IMG/VR virus record: IMGVR_UViG_3300049596_000679
Span: 21,941 to 85,940 of that record
Strand: one strand, 5' to 3'
Source of the DNA: a virus
Lineage: Duplodnaviria > Caudoviricetes
DNA length: 64,000 nt
A program made the translations under genes and the position numbers. The notes under the pieces were generated by a model that saw nothing but the letters and a program-made list of their open reading frames with translations, was not told the origin of the DNA and ran no database searches. Shown here piece after piece: positions 58,112 through 64,000 of the stretch (positions within the stretch are counted from its first letter, which is position 1; each line of letters begins with the position of its first letter).

Positions 58112-59230
58112 ATGGAAAATTTAAATAGCGTATGTTATGTTGGTACAATCGGAGAGGTTAAGCCAATAGAAGGCGCTGACAACATAGAACTTGTTATGGT
58201 TAATGGTTGGAATGCCATAACTAAAAAAGGAGAATATAAAGTTGATGATTTGGTTGTTGTTGCAACCACCGATGCGGTTATACCACAAAAACTTTCTGAT
58301 GGGTTAAATGTCACAAGTTATCTTCGTAAAGGTCAGAGAGTGAGAACTATAAAACTTCGTAAGGTTTACTCTGAATGTTTAATAATACCAATAGGATTTG
58401 TTCCAAAAATATATAGATACGATGGTTCTGACTGCATGGAGTTACTTGAAGTGTTCAAATACGAACCACCCGTTAAGATGGTTCAGTTAAGTGGAGGTAG
58501 AAAATTCAAATACCACCAAAACCCTAACTTTCATGTTTACTACAAATTTCCTAACTTGAAGAACGTTCCTGAAATGTTCAACGAAGAAGACATAGTTACT
58601 ATCACTCGTAAACTTCACGGAACAAATGCTCGTTATGGTATTGTTAAAAAGAAAAGATTATCCTTATGGGATTATGTTAAAAAGTTCTTTGGAGATAAAT
58701 GGGCTGGATATGAATATGTTTATGGATCTCACAACGTAGAGAAAGGTTCTGACTCTCAAGGGTTTTACAAATCGGACGTATGGAAAACAATCGCAGATAA
58801 TTACAAAATAAAAGATAAACTATGGGATTATGTTAAGACATATGGTAGTCCTGACTATTTGGGTGATGGGTTAATTATCTATGGTGAGATATATGGTCAT
58901 GGTATACAAAAAAATTATGATTATGGTTTAACTGATGTTAAATTTGCTGGTTTTGATGTTGAGTTAAATGGTAATTACCGACCTTATTACGATGAAAAGA
59001 ACGTATTCAAATCTTTGGGATTACAAAGAGTTGATGTTCTTTATATGGGTCCTTGGTCTAAAGAAGAACAAGATAAACACGTATTCAATAACAACATAAT
59101 GGGAACCAAAGTTCCTCACGAAGGTGTGGTTGTTAAATCCGTTACCGGTGATAGACACAAAGTAGGTAAAGTGATAAACCCTGATTATAGTATATTCTGT
59201 GAAAAAAATAATGTAGGTGACTCCCATTGA
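58112..59230 (+). CDS. ATP-dependent RNA ligase (DRB0094-like, N-terminal OB fold)
   Basis: IEGADNIE, motif I KLHGTN, IYGEIYG, FAGFDV, EGVVVK and KVIN. Confidence 0.88.
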   Translation: MENLNSVCYVGTIGEVKPIEGADNIELVMVNGWNAITKKGEYKVDDLVVVATTDAVIPQKLSDGLNVTSYLRKGQRVRTIKLRKVYSECLIIPIGFVPKIYRYDGSDCMELLEVFKYEPPVKMVQLSGGRKFKYHQNPNFHVYYKFPNLKNVPEMFNEEDIVTITRKLHGTNARYGIVKKKRLSLWDYVKKFFGDKWAGYEYVYGSHNVEKGSDSQGFYKSDVWKTIADNYKIKDKLWDYVKTYGSPDYLGDGLIIYGEIYGHGIQKNYDYGLTDVKFAGFDVELNGNYRPYYDEKNVFKSLGLQRVDVLYMGPWSKEEQDKHVFNNNIMGTKVPHEGVVVKSVTGDRHKVGKVINPDYSIFCEKNNVGDSH

Positions 59231-59287
59231 TGGAGTCACTTTTATTAGTTACTATTAAATTAAAAAAAATTAACACATATTAAGATA

Positions 59288-59479
59288 ATGGAAAATAAAA
59301 AAAAAATACCTAAATTAATTTTAAACTCTGAAGAACATGAACTTATTGGGTTTTATATATCCGAACTTGGATTTTTAATGATGTCAATATGTTCACAATC
59401 AGGTAAACTAACTAATTATAATTTGGGTGAACACGATACAGAACAAAATGTTTTTATAGATCTAATTAAAAAAAATTAA
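59288..59479 (+). CDS. Hypothetical protein
   Basis: ORF; YISELGFLM. Confidence 0.55.
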   Translation: MENKKKIPKLILNSEEHELIGFYISELGFLMMSICSQSGKLTNYNLGEHDTEQNVFIDLIKKN

Positions 59480-59530
59480 TCTAAATAAATTGAATTGATT
59501 AATTCACTTTTTTTATTATTATTAAATAAC

Positions 59531-59740
59531 ATGGAACAAAAATTAAATGTATTTTCATTCCTATCAAAGAACCTTTTATTATACTCAATTATTTTATTGA
59601 TAGAGAATAATTACAATCCACTTAATTGGTGGATATTGAGTGGGTTCTTTCAGATTGTAATGACAATAATTTTTGAATTATATATACTTGGAACATCATT
59701 AGAAGAAAAAAATATAGAAAATGGGAATAAAGAAAATTAA
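59531..59740 (+). CDS. Small membrane protein
   Basis: Two hydrophobic segments, NPLNWW; likely ATG at 59531. Confidence 0.5.
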   Translation: MEQKLNVFSFLSKNLLLYSIILLIENNYNPLNWWILSGFFQIVMTIIFELYILGTSLEEKNIENGNKEN

Positions 59741-60713
59741 AAAAGAAAACAATTCAATTAACATTAGTTTAGTTGATTTAATAGGTAAATTAGATAATAG
59801 TGAGACTAAAAAGTATACACAATTTTTAGTTAAAATACTTAAAAAAAATTTTGATAATGAACAGGATTTTTTGTTAAGAGATTTGTCACATAGGGAAAGA
59901 AAGATTGATCAAGTTTTAACTAACAGTACCTTTGATGGTTGGATTACAAGAAAAATACTTACTAATTTATATGGTTGGGATGAAGTTGATTCATTTATTG
60001 ATTTTTGTAACTTTATGGAAAGAGGATTAACTAATGAAAAAGACATTAGTAAATACGATAGTTGGGAAATGGTTACAAGTGAGGTATTTCAAGCTAAAAA
60101 TCGTAATTTATTTAAAATGGCTAAAAAAGAAGTTAAAGTTGTTTACGAAGATGATCAATATATGTGTATTAAACCATTAACTTATGTGGCATCTGTTTCA
60201 TATGGTTATCAAACTAGATGGTGTACTGCTTCAGTTCAGGAACCTAGTTATTTCTACAATCACTCAAAAGACGGTGTACTCGTATATTTAATTGATAAAA
60301 TAAATAATGTGAAATTTGGGTTTTACCATAATAGTCATCAAATTCAAATATACAATCAAAAAGACGATAGGGTAGATTCAATGGAGACAGGTATTCCGGT
60401 AGAATTATTACATAAGTTGATTGGTGAAATGAAATCTGAAGCTAAAGATAAAAATTTTAATTATAAGTTATTTGGTGAAAGTGAATTGGAAAACATGAAA
60501 AAATATAGAGGTAATGATACTATGGTGGAACCAGTTCGAATGGATGAAATGTTAACGGAAGGACCAATGGATGAAATGATGGTGGAGATACCCACAAATG
60601 AAGAGGTAAGTGAGTATACGGGTCTTCGTATTGATACGTTAGAAGATATGAGAGAAAGAGTACGAAGACTAAGACATAGAAATCCACTTGAGATTGGTGA
60701 TGATTTACCATAA
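59721..60713 (+). CDS. WC[IT]-domain protein (paralogue of ORF 32875)
   Basis: KDISKY; VVYEDDQYMCIKP...RWCTAS...YLIDK. Confidence 0.65.
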   Translation: MGIKKIKKENNSINISLVDLIGKLDNSETKKYTQFLVKILKKNFDNEQDFLLRDLSHRERKIDQVLTNSTFDGWITRKILTNLYGWDEVDSFIDFCNFMERGLTNEKDISKYDSWEMVTSEVFQAKNRNLFKMAKKEVKVVYEDDQYMCIKPLTYVASVSYGYQTRWCTASVQEPSYFYNHSKDGVLVYLIDKINNVKFGFYHNSHQIQIYNQKDDRVDSMETGIPVELLHKLIGEMKSEAKDKNFNYKLFGESELENMKKYRGNDTMVEPVRMDEMLTEGPMDEMMVEIPTNEEVSEYTGLRIDTLEDMRERVRRLRHRNPLEIGDDLP

Positions 60714-60730
60714 TTTTAAAAAATTATAAT

Positions 60731-61015
60731 ATGGATGATTTAAGTAAAAACATAAAAAAAATGTATTTGAGAATAAATGGTGAAATAGCTGATCATGAAT
60801 TGCCACCTCCTCCACCAAAAAAAGGTAAAACTTTTACTCTTGATGAGGATCAGGTTAAAAAATTGGAGGAGTGGAAAGAACACATCAAGATAATATACGG
60901 TAAGTACGGTGATTATGAATATAGGTTTACCTCAAATGGAATTGGTCAAAGTGTTAAGGTCTATAGTGAGTTAGCGAACACAACTTTAGATCTTACAGAT
61001 GTGGATAAATGGTAA
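60731..61015 (+). CDS. Hypothetical phage protein
   Basis: YEYRFTSNGIG...LDLTDVDKW. Confidence 0.6.
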   Translation: MDDLSKNIKKMYLRINGEIADHELPPPPPKKGKTFTLDEDQVKKLEEWKEHIKIIYGKYGDYEYRFTSNGIGQSVKVYSELANTTLDLTDVDKW

Positions 61016-61037
61016 ACCAAACTTGAAAAATTATACG

Positions 61038-61066
61038 AAACCCTTACAGAAATGTGAGGGTTTTTT
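61038..61066 (+). terminator. Intrinsic terminator
   Basis: aaaccctta...tgagggttt followed by a T-run. Confidence 0.7.
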
Positions 61067-61098
61067 ACTTTATGAAGTATTTATATTAAAAACCATTA

Positions 61099-62220
61099 AT
61101 GCAAGATAAAAAAATTATTATTGAAGAATTAAGTAGGATTAAAAATCTTATGGTTTATGATAGATCTAAAACATTAAATGAAAATATTAATGAAGGTTTG
61201 TTTGACACTTCGGATGGTAAGATAGCGAGATGGTTATTACCTTCAGGTGATATCATTACCGGAGATAAAATAAAAGGGATGATACCTACAGGGGCGGAAC
61301 AGTTAAATGCTAAAAATGCGGAAAAAGCGATTGAGGTTGCTAGTGGGTTAAAAACCGTTTCCTCTATTTTTGGTGGAGGAGGAGCAACTGCTGCAACCGC
61401 GGCGGCAACAACAGGAGCTGGTGCCCTTGAGGTTGGTGCTGGTGCGGTTGGTGCTGGTGCGGTTGGTGCTGGTGCGGTTGGTGCTGAGGGAGCGGCAGCG
61501 GCTACTTTTTTAGGTTTAGGGCCTGTTGGTTGGATAGTAATCGGTGTTGCAGGTCTTGCGGCTTTAGGTTATTGGGCGGCAACAAAGGATGATAAAATGG
61601 GTATGATTGAAAATTTATTTGGAATTTGTAAATCAAGTAAAGAAAAGGATAAGTGGAAAAGATATATGAGTGATGAGGAGGTTAGAAAAAATTCAGGTAT
61701 ATTATACCATGCTATGGAAGGTTGGGGTACAGATGAGGATGCAATTTATAAAGTATTTAAATTGTTTAAAAGTCCTGGTGATTTTTGTGCGGTAAGTGAA
61801 AAATATGAAAGTTCATTTGGTGAATCGTTATTAGATGCTTTAGATGGAGACTTTGATTATGGTTGGGAACCAATTGCAAAATCTTTAGTTGATATGACTA
61901 AAAACTATGCTCAAACTGAAGCTGAAGATTATTGTAAAACTAACGTTAAGGAATGTGCGGACAAATTAAAATTGTATTGTGAAAAAACACCTGACGATCC
62001 TAAATGTAAAGTTTTGAAAACTAATGTTGTTGACTTTAAAAATTGTAATGGTGAATATTATAAAGGATGTAAGGGACCAAAAATAGTACAAGTACAAAAA
62101 TGTTTAGGTGTTGATGTTGATGGTAAGTTTGGTGATGAAACTGAAAAAAAATTAGAAGAAAAAATAAAAAGTAAAACCTTCAAAGACGAAGATGTTAAAA
62201 CAATATGTGATAAAAAATAA
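61099..62220 (+). CDS. Late protein: leader, Gly/Ala zipper plus TM, annexin-like repeat, C-terminal PG-binding domain
   Basis: IIEELSRIKNLM; GAVGA repeats; GLGPVGWIVIGVAGLAALG; LYHAMEGWGTDEDAIY...Y...FGESLLDAL; GCKGPKIVQVQKCLGVDVDGKFG. Confidence 0.75.
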   Translation: MQDKKIIIEELSRIKNLMVYDRSKTLNENINEGLFDTSDGKIARWLLPSGDIITGDKIKGMIPTGAEQLNAKNAEKAIEVASGLKTVSSIFGGGGATAATAAATTGAGALEVGAGAVGAGAVGAGAVGAEGAAAATFLGLGPVGWIVIGVAGLAALGYWAATKDDKMGMIENLFGICKSSKEKDKWKRYMSDEEVRKNSGILYHAMEGWGTDEDAIYKVFKLFKSPGDFCAVSEKYESSFGESLLDALDGDFDYGWEPIAKSLVDMTKNYAQTEAEDYCKTNVKECADKLKLYCEKTPDDPKCKVLKTNVVDFKNCNGEYYKGCKGPKIVQVQKCLGVDVDGKFGDETEKKLEEKIKSKTFKDEDVKTICDKK

Positions 62221-62237
62221 AATATTAACACATTTTT

Positions 62238-62267
62238 AAACCCCATTTCTAAAGAGTGGGGTTTTTT
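62238..62267 (+). terminator. Terminator, repeat copy 3 (diverged)
   Basis: aaaccccatttctaaagagtggggttt. Confidence 0.75.
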
Positions 62268-62296
62268 ATTTAAAATAAATTCACTATCTTTGTATT

Positions 62297-62404
62297 ATGG
62301 TGGGTGTTATACTTTTTTTACTGATAATAATGGTATCTTTTTTTAGTGGGAAAGTTAATAAAGATAAGGATCATCCATTCAATAAATTTTTTAATGATAG
62401 GTAA
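62297..62404 (+). CDS. Small membrane peptide (35 aa; not in the ORF track)
   Basis: ATG 4 nt after TATCTTTG (62285); MVGVILFLLIIMVSFF. Confidence 0.45.
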   Translation: MVGVILFLLIIMVSFFSGKVNKDKDHPFNKFFNDR

Positions 62405-62669
62405 GAATAAAATATTAGTTATTTTAAATTTTTTGGACACACATTATGGTGACTTAGTGTGTAGCCCAAAAAATCTTTGTTATCATAAAGAGGGTAAGAT
62501 TTATTTTAGATTTAACTTAAAAGATAAAACTATTTTTTTAGAATATAAGAATTTTGTTCAACCAATATCTAAAGCGTTAAACATAAAAGAAGATATGTTA
62601 AATGATCTTTATGAGGTAATTAAAGAATGGATTGAATATGTTTTTAAAATTGAAGGAGAAATAATTTAA
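62394..62669 (+). CDS. Hypothetical protein
   Basis: ORF; likely ATG at 62394. Confidence 0.5.
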   Translation: MIGKNKILVILNFLDTHYGDLVCSPKNLCYHKEGKIYFRFNLKDKTIFLEYKNFVQPISKALNIKEDMLNDLYEVIKEWIEYVFKIEGEII

Positions 62670-62671
62670 TT

Positions 62672-63256
62672 ATGAAAGTATTGATGTTAGATCACGATGG
62701 TGTAATTTGTCTATCCAATAATTGGGGTGGGCGAACAAAGAAATGGGCAAAATACCGAAGCGCAAATCCTGACAGTAGTGATGAGAAAAAAAATGCTCCT
62801 GTTGAATATCGTTTTGATGATTTTGATAAGAAGGCGATTAAGGACCTAAATGATATCATTGAAGAAACAGGATGTGAAATTGTTGTAAGTTCTGATTGGA
62901 AATTACACGCAACTCTTGAAGAACTTGGTGACTATTATGAAAGTCAGGGAATTATTAAACGACCAATTGCGTTAACACCTGATATACAAAATTGTACGGT
63001 TCATGGTAATTTATTTATATGGTCATCACGATGGGATTTGGAACAAACCAGAACTATTGAGATTAGACAATACTTACACGACCATCCTGAGGTTACGCAT
63101 TGGGTTTCTGTTGATGATTTGAATATGGGTAAAATTGGTGAACCTTGGAAAGATGTTTGGGCAATTGATAATTTTGTTCTAACACCAAAATCAAGTGAGG
63201 GAATCAAACAAAGTGGTATTAAAGAAAAGATATTAAATTTTTTAAAAGATGACTGA
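62672..63256 (+). CDS. HAD phosphatase of the 'Swiss Army Knife' RNA-repair type
   Basis: LMLDHDGVI, IVVSSDWK, R..EI..YL and VSVDD. Confidence 0.78.
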   Translation: MKVLMLDHDGVICLSNNWGGRTKKWAKYRSANPDSSDEKKNAPVEYRFDDFDKKAIKDLNDIIEETGCEIVVSSDWKLHATLEELGDYYESQGIIKRPIALTPDIQNCTVHGNLFIWSSRWDLEQTRTIEIRQYLHDHPEVTHWVSVDDLNMGKIGEPWKDVWAIDNFVLTPKSSEGIKQSGIKEKILNFLKDD

Positions 63257-63632
63257 AGAAGAAATGAATGAATATCTTGAGTCCATAGGTGGACTTGAGA
63301 ATGGATTCTATCCTGATGGAGACCCAATTAAAGACTCTGAGTTCTTTGAGTGTGGGAATGGTTGGTTTCCACTAATTAAGGATCTAATAACCGATTTAAT
63401 AGAGTTAGGTTGGGACAAACAAACTTGCCAGGTTAAAGAAAAGTTTGGTGCGTTAAGATTTTACATCAATACTGGATCTGATGAAATTTTTAAAAAAATA
63501 CACTCATATGAAAATCAAAGTTATGAGATTTGTGAGACCTGTGGAGAAAAAGGAGAGTTAAAACTTGTAGGTTGGTATAAAACATTATGTAATAAACATC
63601 ATGAAGAACGTAAACCAAATATTCAAGAATAA
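63249..63632 (+). CDS. Hypothetical phage protein with a Zn site
   Basis: GWFPLI, QVKEKFGALRFY and CETCG...TLC..H. Confidence 0.7.
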   Translation: MTEEEMNEYLESIGGLENGFYPDGDPIKDSEFFECGNGWFPLIKDLITDLIELGWDKQTCQVKEKFGALRFYINTGSDEIFKKIHSYENQSYEICETCGEKGELKLVGWYKTLCNKHHEERKPNIQE

Positions 63633-63915
63633 TAAACATTTAATGGATGAACCTGAAGTTATTGAACTTGTTGAATATACAAGAGAACTTGAGGAAATTG
63701 TACTCCAAAGAAAGATTGAGGATTCATATGATAAGGAACATATGTTAAGATCTATGTTATTGGATATATTAACAAGTTGTCGTGATATGGAAGAAACAAA
63801 TCAATTGTCCGAAAGATATCCTAGTATGTATGAAAAAAGTGATGCGGAATCTTTAGTTAAAAATTTAAAAACCTATATTTTAGATATGAATTATAAAAAT
63901 AATTTAGGGATATGA
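63601..63915 (+). CDS. Hypothetical protein
   Basis: ORF. Confidence 0.6.
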   Translation: MKNVNQIFKNNKHLMDEPEVIELVEYTRELEEIVLQRKIEDSYDKEHMLRSMLLDILTSCRDMEETNQLSERYPSMYEKSDAESLVKNLKTYILDMNYKNNLGI

Positions 63916-64000
63916 ATAAGATTAGTTTAAGTGAGAATTGTTTTGGTGTTGACGTTGAAATAGATGACGAATCACTATTTATTCATGAGTATGATAATAG
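63912..64000 (+). CDS. Hypothetical protein, 3'-truncated by the window edge
   Basis: ATG overlaps the previous stop; the frame is open to the end. Confidence 0.5.
   Translation, partial: MNKISLSENCFGVDVEIDDESLFIHEYDN

Noticed and set aside
1-64000. Stop-codon reassignment, or eukaryotic giant virus origin
   Set aside because: Conserved genes are full-length in the standard bacterial code. Sigma70, DnaG, PG-binding domains and intrinsic terminators indicate a bacteriophage despite the eukaryote-like domains.

Overview
AT-rich, densely coding segment of a large (jumbo-type) dsDNA tailed phage. The host is most likely a Bacteroidota, based on TTTG-N19-21-TAnnTTTG promoters, no Shine-Dalgarno sites, SprB-like repeats and an Hc1-like protein. 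No stop-codon recoding is evident. Left to right the window holds: (1) Thr/Pro-rich, SprB-repeat putative virion proteins with a plant GT95/GT96-like glycosyltransferase embedded among them; (2) replication/recombination genes (RuvC-like resolvase, primase, PD-(D/E)xK nuclease, SbcD/SbcC) and a sigma70; (3) a lysis-like block; (4) DnaJ, Dam, thioredoxin and glutaredoxin; (5) GSII plus an amino-sugar pathway; (6) a dispersed RNA-repair set. Three promoter classes are visible. The most novel candidates are: TATTTAT-driven proteins that share an N-terminal [LI]xE helical leader fused to diverse cargo domains, three of them annexin-like; a probable virion O-glycosylation system; and small promoter/terminator-bounded non-coding RNAs, one a pseudoknot and one displaying an anti-Shine-Dalgarno-like loop. 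All family assignments come from recognising motifs by eye, not from database searches.
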